A stretch of DNA of 64,000 bases from Candidatus Hydrogenedentes bacterium UBA6118 (GTDB taxonomy: Bacteria > Hydrogenedentota > Hydrogenedentia > Hydrogenedentales > SLHB01). The position numbers and the translations under genes are program-made. The notes under the pieces were generated by a model. The model searched no databases and had not been told where the DNA came from. It was given only the letters and a program-made list of their open reading frames with translations. The DNA is taken from contig DIWA01000026.1 of the NCBI GenBank assembly GCA_002422525.1, forward strand, positions 264,843 to 328,842. Direction: 5' to 3'. The stretch's first letter is position 1, and each line of letters starts with the position of its first letter. Shown in pieces: positions 17,315-25,611 of the stretch.

Positions 17315-18376
17315 TCACGGAACCGGCGGGTCCTCCTCGCCGCGGAGCAGGCGCTCGACGTACTCCGTGTGGCGGCTGTCCGGGAAGCGCTTACGCATGG
17401 TCTCGCAGATCTCCCGCGCCTCCGCCTCCATGTGCGCGCTCAGGTAGGCCTGCGCCAACTGCTGCATCGCGCTGTCCAGCAGCGGGAAATCCGCCGCCTC
17501 CGCATCCCGCACGAACGCCTCGAACATCTCCACCCGCGACTGCTGGGCTCTGCGCAGATCGCCCTGTCCGCCCCGGCTTGCCTCCCAGACGCCGTGCTCC
17601 GACGCCGCTGCAACCCGCGACTGCCGTTGGTAGAGCCCAAACACCGTGTCGCCGAACTCCGCAACCAACCGCTCCGCGGCGGACACTGACTCGTCGCGAC
17701 TGACCTGGCCGTCTCCATAGACACCGAACATGACCGTTCGGTACAACGCGCCCGCCTCGGCGTCGCGTCCCTTAGCGGGCTTCACGGTCACCGTCAGTAC
17801 GTTCGAGTGCACCGGCCTGCCGCCAACGGTCGCTTGGCGCGTCTCCGGGTCAGCCAACGCAGGCGCGAGCCTGCACTGAACCTGGTAGACGCCGGGCCGC
17901 GCGAAGGGTATGACCATCCGCGTCGCCGAGGGTTTGGAGACGATCTGCAGCAGCTTGCCGCCGGTCCGTACGCAGCCCGGTTCCATCGCCTCGACCACGG
18001 CGCGGTCGAAGTGCACATGCATCCACCGCTTCACGTCGTAGCCGTCGCCATCCGGCTCCGTGATGTGCACCTTCACGTCCGGCGCAACGACCCAGATCGT
18101 CTCATTCCCGGCATACGTGATCCGCCAGTCCAGGGCGAGCGGCTCGTTCGGCAGAAGGGTCGTCTTCGGCGACGAAATCGTCAGCGTCAACGACAGGTCC
18201 GGCGCCGCTTCGTCGTCGCCCATGCCGCTCCCGGTGTGCGCAGACGGCGCGTCGCGCTCCGCCGCGGTCGCAACCGGACAGAGCAATGCGAAGAGGAGAA
18301 CGGCGAGATGCACAGGCGAGCGACGGATGCGTCGCCCGGAGGGGGGATAGGCTGCTGTCATTCCTGAAGGTCTCAT
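17315..18376 (-). CDS. secreted paralog, type 2 (first gene of the array, directly after the conserved promoter)
   Basis: N-terminus MRPSGMTAAYPPSGRRIRRSPVHLAVLLFALLCPVATAA. Same domain organisation and the FPDSRHTEYVERLLRGEEDPPVP tail. Confidence 0.7.
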   Translation of the reverse strand: MRPSGMTAAYPPSGRRIRRSPVHLAVLLFALLCPVATAAERDAPSAHTGSGMGDDEAAPDLSLTLTISSPKTTLLPNEPLALDWRITYAGNETIWVVAPDVKVHITEPDGDGYDVKRWMHVHFDRAVVEAMEPGCVRTGGKLLQIVSKPSATRMVIPFARPGVYQVQCRLAPALADPETRQATVGGRPVHSNVLTVTVKPAKGRDAEAGALYRTVMFGVYGDGQVSRDESVSAAERLVAEFGDTVFGLYQRQSRVAAASEHGVWEASRGGQGDLRRAQQSRVEMFEAFVRDAEAADFPLLDSAMQQLAQAYLSAHMEAEAREICETMRKRFPDSRHTEYVERLLRGEEDPPVP

Positions 18377-18422
18377 CGCACGGCGTCCCTGCCTCGCGCT
18401 GGATACCTCGGCCTACGCGTCC

Positions 18423-18451
18423 ACTCTATGCCGTCTGCGCGCGGCTGTCAA
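18423..18451 (-). promoter_or_regulatory. sigma70-type promoter TTGACA-17 bp-TAGAGT with an upstream A-tract (copy 1), ~40-nt 5' UTR to ATG 18376
   Basis: On the minus strand: ggtaaaaaggtcTTGACAgccgcgcgcagacggcaTAGAGTggacg. It is duplicated at 14058-14086. Confidence 0.55.
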
Positions 18452-18569
18452 GACCTTTTTACCGGGCTCAGGCGCCCCGCAGACGGCAAAAGGCCCCGAC
18501 GCGGGGCGTCAGGGCCTCTGCAATGCGCCGCCGCTCCGTCGCGGAGGGCGGGATGTCTGCGTTCGCGGA

Positions 18570-19904
18570 CTAGATCTTCCAGCCTTCCCGATTGTCGCGG
18601 GTGAGCAGCGCGTTCGCCTCGGGGACGTTCGTCACCTGCATGTTGGCGGCGTCCCACTCGATGCGCTGGCCGGTGCGGACCGCGATGTTGCCCAGCAGCA
18701 CGATCTCGCTGAACGGACCGGAGTACTCGAAGTTCGAGCACGCGGCCGGTCCGCCCTTGCACGCGCGGAACCAATCCTCGTAGGGGCTGTTGTCGGGCAC
18801 GCGCTCGATGTACGGCTCGGGGACCACCACCGCGGCATTCTCCGATTCCGGATGCAGCCGCGGGTTGCCGCCATACGTGCCGCAGGACATGTAGCCCTTG
18901 GAGCCGATGAACAGCGTGCCGTTGTCGCCGTCGCCGAGCTTCTCCTCGGCCGGAATCCCCTCGGGACGCTCGGGCAGCTCGCCGCCGTCGTACCAGTAGA
19001 ACGTCAACGCGGGCCAGGTGCGGCCGTCGGCCTCGCGCTCGGGGAAGTCGTACCGGATGACCGACTTCACGGGCCCGCTCTGGGCGGTGTTGCCCTCCTG
19101 GCGAACGCACTCGACGGAGGTCGGCGCGCCGAGGTGCAGCGCCCAGTAGGCCGGGTCCATGATGTGGCAGGCCATGTCGCCGAGGGCGCCGCAGCCGAAG
19201 TCCCACCAGCCGCGCCAGTTGAACGGCGCATAGCCGGCGTTGTAGTCGCGATAGGGCGCCGGGCCGAGCCAGAGGTCCCAGTCCATGTGCGCGGGAACTT
19301 CCTCCGCCGGGAGCGGGTCGACGAGGCCCTGGGGCCAGATCGGCCGATCGGTCCAGCAGTGCACCTCGGTGACGTCGCCCAGCGCGCCGCTCCAGATCAC
19401 CTCGCAGAGCTGCCGCACGCCTTCGTCCGCGTGGCCCTGGTTGCCCATCTGCGTGGCCACGCCGTACCGCCGCGCCGCTTCAGTGAGCATGCGCGCCTCG
19501 GCGACGGTGTGCGTGAGGGGCTTCTGCACGTAGACGTGGATGCCTTGCTCCATCGCCGCCATCGCCGCGACGGCGTGCGTGTGGTCCGGCGTCGAGATCG
19601 TCACCGCGTCGATGTTCTCCTTCTCGAGCATCACGCGGAAGTCCTTGTAGTAGGTCGCGTTCGGGAAGTTGCGGATCGATTCGGCCGCGCGCACGTCGTC
19701 AACGTCGCACAACGCCACGACGTTGTGTCCGCGACAGGCCCAGATATCGCTGGCGCCTTTGCCGCCGACGCCGATGCCCGCGATGTTGAGCTTCTCGTTC
19801 GGCGAAGGCGCCGCCTTCGCGATGCGCGATCCGGTGGCGCACCCGGCCGCAGCCATCGCCGCGCCCATCAGGAACGTCCGTCGTGTGAACCGTCTGGATT
19901 TCAT
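18570..19904 (-). CDS. Gfo/Idh/MocA-family oxidoreductase with a Tat signal (GH109-like)
   Basis: Tat motif RRTFLMGAAMAAAG; Rossmann IAGIGVGGKG; VYVQKPLTHT. Confidence 0.85.
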   Translation of the reverse strand: MKSRRFTRRTFLMGAAMAAAGCATGSRIAKAAPSPNEKLNIAGIGVGGKGASDIWACRGHNVVALCDVDDVRAAESIRNFPNATYYKDFRVMLEKENIDAVTISTPDHTHAVAAMAAMEQGIHVYVQKPLTHTVAEARMLTEAARRYGVATQMGNQGHADEGVRQLCEVIWSGALGDVTEVHCWTDRPIWPQGLVDPLPAEEVPAHMDWDLWLGPAPYRDYNAGYAPFNWRGWWDFGCGALGDMACHIMDPAYWALHLGAPTSVECVRQEGNTAQSGPVKSVIRYDFPEREADGRTWPALTFYWYDGGELPERPEGIPAEEKLGDGDNGTLFIGSKGYMSCGTYGGNPRLHPESENAAVVVPEPYIERVPDNSPYEDWFRACKGGPAACSNFEYSGPFSEIVLLGNIAVRTGQRIEWDAANMQVTNVPEANALLTRDNREGWKI

Positions 19905-20042
19905 GTCTGCCCCTCATGCCAAGTCTGTTGTCGTGAAAACCACGGGTCGGCGCCACGCCGCCCGGCGTGGACAACACTCATACCCGGACAGCATACTCCA
20001 GGCTTGAAAACCTGTCAAAACGGACTGAGCTTCACGGGATCC

Positions 20043-22601
20043 ATGAGAACCACCGGCGCCAGGACTCCAGATGGACGGCGTTTGTCCGTCATTCCAGGGA
20101 AACGCCGCCCGTTCTCCGCCCCCGCCGCGCTGCTCGTGGTCCTGTGGCTGGTCGCAACGGCCGCCGCGGCCCAGCGCCCGCACCACACCCTGCGCCTCGC
20201 CCCCCTGCTCCACGCAGAGACGACGGACGCGGGAACGCTGCTGGTCTCCGACGTCGAGGCGGACGGCGCGCGCATCGCCTTCACCCTGGTGCGGCCCGAC
20301 GCGCCGCTTGCCTGGGTCGACGATGCGGGGCGGGACGCCTTCCTCGCGCAGGCGATCGCCGCGGCGGACGCGGCCGTGCAAGCGGGTCGCACCGGCCTCG
20401 CGCTGGACCTCGTCGCCGACTCGCCACGACACGCCGTCACGTGGGCCGGCTACGACCTTGACGCCACAACGCCCGACGCGATGGAGACGACCGCCCGCCG
20501 GTTCGGTCGCCGTCTCCGCCAGGCCATCGACGCCCGCGCGGCCCAAGCCGACCGACCGTTGGAAATCCTGTGCATCGAGGCGGATGCCGAGGCGACGGGC
20601 GTCCTCTGGTACGCCTTCTTCGAAGGCTTGGTCGACGGCGCCCGGTCCGGCAGCCGACCCGTCTACCTGATCACACAAGCCATTTCGGATGCGGCGGACC
20701 CGCTGGCGTGCATCCAGGCGACCGCGGGGCTGCGCCGACGTCTGCGCTGGTATACGCGCCTCGGCGACGCCGTGCACGACGCGGTCCGCATCGGCATGGC
20801 CGTGAGGTCCGATGCAGGCGACCCGGGGGCCTTCCCGTTGCACCTCGCGGCCCGGTGTTACAGCGAGACCTACGCGCTCTACGACGGTCCTCCCGAAGAC
20901 GCGCCGTTGGCGCCGGAGGCGCTCCCCTTCGACCCCACGACCATCGTCCGCATCGGGCCGTGGATCCGCGACGATCTGATCGGCTATGCGCTCCGAGACG
21001 AGGAGGGCGCGGCGCTAATCCTGTGGACCGGACTCCCGGAGCCGCTGCGCATCCCGAACCGCGACCGCCCGGTGACGGTGACGGACCTCGCGTCGGGCGG
21101 CGCGACGGAGATCGCGCCGGAGGAAGGCGGCGTCACGATTCCTCCGCAGGAAGGGGCGGTGCTGATTCGTCCGCTCCCGATGCAGGACTGGGGCCTGCCG
21201 GCCTGCCTCTGGGTCGACCTCGACGCCGGCGGCTTCTCGAACGCGCTCGAATGCGCGTGGGGCCTGACGAACCGCACCGGGTTCGCCCTGACGGGCTCCG
21301 TCGCGGCGACCGTATCGCGGCATGTGAGCATCCGGCCGAACGTGCAGCCGCTCGATCTGGGTCCGAACGACGATGTGATGGCGACGGGCATCGTGCGCGG
21401 GGCGTTCCGTCCCGGCGGTCTCGTCGAGATCAGCCTGAGCATCCACGCGCCCGAGGCCCCGGCGATCGCGGGTCTGTTCCGCTTCCCCTGTTACCAACGC
21501 GCCACGGCCTCCGCACGCCTGCGCAGTCCGATCACGGCGGCCCCGTTGCTCATCCCGCGCGAGGTCGACCCGGACCACGGAGCGCAGGTCGTCGCGGCAT
21601 CCGCGGCGGGCGAAATCGTGTGCCTGCGGACCGATGGCGCCGTGCGTTGGACGCACCGCCGCGCCGCGCCGTTCTCAGTCGGACCCGCGCTGGTCCGCGA
21701 CTGGCAGGGCGCCCCGCTCATCCTCACCTGCGACGATGCCGGGACCATCGAGGCGCGACATCCCTCCGGCGTGCCCGCGTGGAACGCGGACTTGGGCGGA
21801 CCGCCGTCGGTCGGGCCGATGCGCGTCGGCCATCTGCACGGGTTCCCGGGCGAGGAGATCGTGATCCCCCGACAGGACGGCGCGGTCGCGATCTTCCTGA
21901 ACACGGGCCAACTCCTGCGAAAACTGGATGCGAAAGGACGCAACCCCCGCCCGACGCTCGGGCCCGCGAGCGCGGCGGCCGGCGCGGACATCTACACCAT
22001 CGCCGAGGGCGACGAGGCCGTGCTGACCTGCTTCGAGCGCGGCGGACGCACGAAGTGGACGCACACGATCCGGATGACGCCCGCCTGCATGCCGCTCTTC
22101 ATCCCAACGCGCGACGACGAAGACGGGGCGGTCGTCGCAGTGGGGAGCACACGCGGCACGATCCAAGTGCGCGACGCCGTCGCGGGCGAGGTGCTGGCCG
22201 AGCGACGCATCCCCGGGGCGACGCCGGTAGTCGGGCTGGTCAGCGTGGACCTCGGCCCCGAGGTCGGGCCGATCCTCGTGGCGACGTCGGAGAGCGGCGT
22301 GCACGGGTATGCGCTTGACCTCGAACCGCTGTGGAGTCGCCCCCTCCCCAGCGCCGCCCCCGCCTGCGTCGTGCCGCTCATCGGCATCGGTCCGGGGCTC
22401 CTCATCCCCGGCGCGGACGGCGCCTTGCACCTCCTCACGGCGACAGGCGATCCGATCTGGACGAACCCCGAGGCGACCGGCGCGATCGTCGCGGCGCCCG
22501 CGGCCGGACCGCCCGACCTGGAGACGGGCGCGGTTACGGCGGCCTACGTCTCCAGGGACGGCGGCCTCCGCATCCTGCCCATCGAGGTCCCGGAATGGTA
22601 G
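20043..22601 (+). CDS. secreted hypothetical protein with C-terminal PQQ/BamB-like beta-propeller repeats
   Basis: Signal peptide ...RRPFSAPAALLVVLWLVATAAAAQ; repeated xDGAVRWTH / GRTKWTH / DPIWTN blades. It is the 3' portion of the 1249-aa track ORF, whose 5' part is antisense to the oxidoreductase. Confidence 0.6.
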   Translation: MRTTGARTPDGRRLSVIPGKRRPFSAPAALLVVLWLVATAAAAQRPHHTLRLAPLLHAETTDAGTLLVSDVEADGARIAFTLVRPDAPLAWVDDAGRDAFLAQAIAAADAAVQAGRTGLALDLVADSPRHAVTWAGYDLDATTPDAMETTARRFGRRLRQAIDARAAQADRPLEILCIEADAEATGVLWYAFFEGLVDGARSGSRPVYLITQAISDAADPLACIQATAGLRRRLRWYTRLGDAVHDAVRIGMAVRSDAGDPGAFPLHLAARCYSETYALYDGPPEDAPLAPEALPFDPTTIVRIGPWIRDDLIGYALRDEEGAALILWTGLPEPLRIPNRDRPVTVTDLASGGATEIAPEEGGVTIPPQEGAVLIRPLPMQDWGLPACLWVDLDAGGFSNALECAWGLTNRTGFALTGSVAATVSRHVSIRPNVQPLDLGPNDDVMATGIVRGAFRPGGLVEISLSIHAPEAPAIAGLFRFPCYQRATASARLRSPITAAPLLIPREVDPDHGAQVVAASAAGEIVCLRTDGAVRWTHRRAAPFSVGPALVRDWQGAPLILTCDDAGTIEARHPSGVPAWNADLGGPPSVGPMRVGHLHGFPGEEIVIPRQDGAVAIFLNTGQLLRKLDAKGRNPRPTLGPASAAAGADIYTIAEGDEAVLTCFERGGRTKWTHTIRMTPACMPLFIPTRDDEDGAVVAVGSTRGTIQVRDAVAGEVLAERRIPGATPVVGLVSVDLGPEVGPILVATSESGVHGYALDLEPLWSRPLPSAAPACVVPLIGIGPGLLIPGADGALHLLTATGDPIWTNPEATGAIVAAPAAGPPDLETGAVTAAYVSRDGGLRILPIEVPEW

Positions 22602-22628
22602 CTCCGGGAACGGCGCCCCGCGGCGCGT

Positions 22629-23408
22629 CTACGCCGGCCCTCGGCGCGCCTTGATCAGCAGAACCGTCGCCCAGCGAACGGGGATCATCGCCGCCTCAAT
22701 GCGGCAGACGACCACGAGGACGGCATTGAGGAGCCGCGCGATCGGCGCCAGCGCGACCAATCCGCGCGGCGGTCGCGCGCTGCGGGAAACGCCGTCCCCT
22801 TGCGGAAACACCCGCGACACGAGCAGCACCGTCGGGGCCATGATGCACTTCTCGAGCAGACCCAACACGCGCCTCGGCGGATCCGGAGCAAACCCCGCCT
22901 CGACCAGCCGCTCCCGCATCTCCGCGGCCTCGTACCGTCGGAAATGATCGACAAACCGGTCGTCCACGCCGAAGTACGCCGCCCGGTGCGGGAACGTCAC
23001 CGCCGCCGCGCCGTTCGGTTCGAGCACGCGCGCCATCTCGCCGATCGCCGCGCGGTCGTCGGCGACGTGTTCGAGCACTTCCGAGCACACGGCCTGGGCG
23101 AACGCGCCGTCGCGGAAGGGCAGGCGCGTGCAGTCCGCCGCGACATACCAGCCGCGGCCGTGGATGCGCCGCAACGTCGCGAGCGCCCGGGGCGACAGGT
23201 CGGAGTACACGATGCGGTCGACGTCGGTCAGGATGGGCGACATCCCGGCGCCGATCTCGAGGATCCGCCCGGCATTATGCCGATCCGGCAAGGCCGCGCG
23301 CACGGCCCGCTGACGGAGGCGGTAGTTGTAGAGGCTGTTCTTCAGCGTGACGTAGAAGTCCGCCGCGAAGAAATCCTCGAACCGGTCCTCCCGGGGCGGA
23401 CCGCTCAT
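22629..23408 (-). CDS. class I SAM-dependent methyltransferase
   Basis: Motif I ILEIGAGMSPI and VLEHVADD. The start at MSGPPREDRF overlaps the stop of the upstream GT2 gene (ATGA). Confidence 0.75.
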   Translation of the reverse strand: MSGPPREDRFEDFFAADFYVTLKNSLYNYRLRQRAVRAALPDRHNAGRILEIGAGMSPILTDVDRIVYSDLSPRALATLRRIHGRGWYVAADCTRLPFRDGAFAQAVCSEVLEHVADDRAAIGEMARVLEPNGAAAVTFPHRAAYFGVDDRFVDHFRRYEAAEMRERLVEAGFAPDPPRRVLGLLEKCIMAPTVLLVSRVFPQGDGVSRSARPPRGLVALAPIARLLNAVLVVVCRIEAAMIPVRWATVLLIKARRGPA

Positions 23409-24172
23409 CCCTGGGGCGCGTCGACCAGCGGCGGGAACAGCGGCGAGCGGACCAGCCCCCACTTCGCGAGTCGGTAGGTGGCGCCTACCCGCAGGCAGCC
23501 CAGCCCGTACCGCAAGCTGCGCCGGAAGTTGATCGACGACGCGTCATCGAAATACTTCGTCGGACACGTCACCTCGGCGATGGTGTGCCCGTGCCAGAGA
23601 ATCTGCGCCAGCATCTCGTTGTCGAACACGAAATCGTCGGAGTTCGCGCTCAGATCGAGCTGTTCGAGCAGGCTGCGCGAGAAGGCGCGGTAACCGGAGT
23701 GGTATTCGGACAGCTTCGCGCCGGTCAGCAGGTTCTCCGCGAGGGTGAGGAACCGGTTCGCCACGTATTTGTACAAGGGCATGCCCCCGCGCAGGGCACA
23801 GCCGCCGAGGATGCGCGACGCCAGCACGCAGGGATACAGCCCGTTCCCGATGATCGCCGCCACGGCCGGGATCAATTGCGGCGTGTATTGATAGTCCGGA
23901 TGGATCATGATCACGATGTCCGCGCCGGCCTCGAGTGCGAGCCGATAGCACGACTTCTGGTTCGCGCCATAGCCCGCGTTGCGCTCGTGTACATGCACCC
24001 GCGTGTGCGGCAGCGTTCGGGCGATCTCGACCGTCCGATCCGAACTCGCATCATCGACGAGAATCACCTCATCCACGATGCCCTGCGCAAGCACCTCCTC
24101 GTGCGTACGCACCAGGGTCTGCTCCGCGTTGTACGCGGGCATCACCACGACGACTTTCTGGTCTTGGTACAT
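23405..24172 (-). CDS. family-2 glycosyltransferase (polyprenyl-phosphate sugar synthase/DPM1-like)
   Basis: VVVMPAYNAE, ILVDDASSD, DxD and GT-A fold motifs. Confidence 0.8.
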   Translation of the reverse strand: MYQDQKVVVVMPAYNAEQTLVRTHEEVLAQGIVDEVILVDDASSDRTVEIARTLPHTRVHVHERNAGYGANQKSCYRLALEAGADIVIMIHPDYQYTPQLIPAVAAIIGNGLYPCVLASRILGGCALRGGMPLYKYVANRFLTLAENLLTGAKLSEYHSGYRAFSRSLLEQLDLSANSDDFVFDNEMLAQILWHGHTIAEVTCPTKYFDDASSINFRRSLRYGLGCLRVGATYRLAKWGLVRSPLFPPLVDAPQG

Positions 24173-24523
24173 CCTTCATTCCCTGGTGAGACGGACCCAT
24201 CCCGCGCATGGCATCGGTCGGCCGCGGACAGCTCTCCCGGAATGTGTCACAACCGGACCGTGCGCCGCAACCGCGGCCGGACCCGCTTCGATGCCTGCCG
24301 CGACAATCCGCTGTCCGTGATCGCCACGGTTGAACGCGCCCGCACGGCGCGTGGTACAGTCGCTGGCATCCCGTGCGCGCCGGGCGTCTCCTCGAACTGC
24401 TTGCGGATCCGCCGGGCCGCGACCGCCCTCGGCTTCTGGCGCCGACGGCGGCCCGGCGTGTAGGATGGCGGGCCTGCGCATCTCGCGCAACGGAACGAGC
24501 CAAACCCGAAGGAGAACTGGAGA

Positions 24524-25522
24524 ATGCCGTTCAACCCGGACCGGTATAAGGACATGCCCTACCGACGCTGCGGACGCAGCGGCCTCATGCTGCCCCCGAT
24601 CGCCTTGGGCCTGTGGCACAATTTCGGCGGCAAGGCCGACCACGACACCTGCCGCGCCATGCTGCGGACGGCGTTCGACTTGGGCGTCACCCATTTTGAC
24701 CTCGCGAACAACTACGGGCCGCCGCCCGGCGCCGCGGAGGAACGGTTCGGCCGCATCCTGCAGGAAGATTTCTCGGCCCACCGCGATGAACTGATCATCT
24801 CGACGAAGGCGGGGTACTACATGTGGCCGGGGCCGTACGGCGACTGGGGCAGCCGGAAGTACCTGATCGCGAGCATTGACCAGTCGCTCAAACGCATGGG
24901 CCTGGACTACGTGGACATCTTCTACTCGCATCGGCCCGACCCCAACACGCCGATGGAGGAGACGCTCGGCGCGCTCGAGCAGATCGTTCGCCAGGGCAAG
25001 GCGCTCTACGCCGGCATCAGCAGCTACAACGGCGCGCAATACGTGAAGGCCGCGGAGACGGTCGCGCGCCACGACTGGGCGCCGATCACGATCCATCAGC
25101 CCGTGTACAACATGCTGAACCGCTGGGTCGAGCACGACCTGCTCGACTACACCGAGGCCTACGGCGCGGGCGTGGCCGTGTTCTCGCCGCTCGCCCAGGG
25201 CATCCTCACGTCGAAGTACCTCGACCCGAGCCGGACGGTGCCGGAGCAGTCGCGCGCCGCCGATCCGGACAGTTTCCTGAACGCCGATGCGCTCACGCCG
25301 GAGCTGTTGGACAAGGTGCGCCGGCTCGCCAAGATCGCCGAGCGCCGCGGCCAGACCATGGCCCAGATGGCGTTGTCGTGGGTCCTGCGCGATCCGCGCG
25401 TCACCACGGCCATCATTGGCGCGCGCACGCCCGCGCAGATCGAGGATTGCGTCGGCTGCGTCAAGAACGTCAAGTTCGACGGCGACGAGCTGCGCGAGAT
25501 CGACGAGATCCTCGCGTCCTAG
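24524..25522 (+). CDS. aldo/keto reductase (YghZ/Tas-like)
   Basis: MPYRRCGRSGLMLPPIALGLWHNFG; IFYSHRPD; typical 332-aa AKR; GGAG RBS. Confidence 0.85.
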   Translation: MPFNPDRYKDMPYRRCGRSGLMLPPIALGLWHNFGGKADHDTCRAMLRTAFDLGVTHFDLANNYGPPPGAAEERFGRILQEDFSAHRDELIISTKAGYYMWPGPYGDWGSRKYLIASIDQSLKRMGLDYVDIFYSHRPDPNTPMEETLGALEQIVRQGKALYAGISSYNGAQYVKAAETVARHDWAPITIHQPVYNMLNRWVEHDLLDYTEAYGAGVAVFSPLAQGILTSKYLDPSRTVPEQSRAADPDSFLNADALTPELLDKVRRLAKIAERRGQTMAQMALSWVLRDPRVTTAIIGARTPAQIEDCVGCVKNVKFDGDELREIDEILAS

Positions 25523-25611
25523 CCGCCGCTCACCTCGCTGAACGCCGCGCGCCGTGGTCCCCTCCGCCACGGCGCGCGCTTGTTCTGCAACAGGTTACCG
25601 CTACGGCACGG

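Noticed and set aside
14262-17447. 1061-aa plus-strand ORF spanning the paralog array (also 9947..11869 + and 12295..14259 +)
   Set aside because: They are antisense to well-supported secreted-protein genes. They are extremely Arg/Pro-rich and have no signal or domain logic.
18852-20042. 5' portion of the 1249-aa plus ORF
   Set aside because: It is antisense to the Tat-signal oxidoreductase. The genuine gene begins at the signal peptide at 20043.
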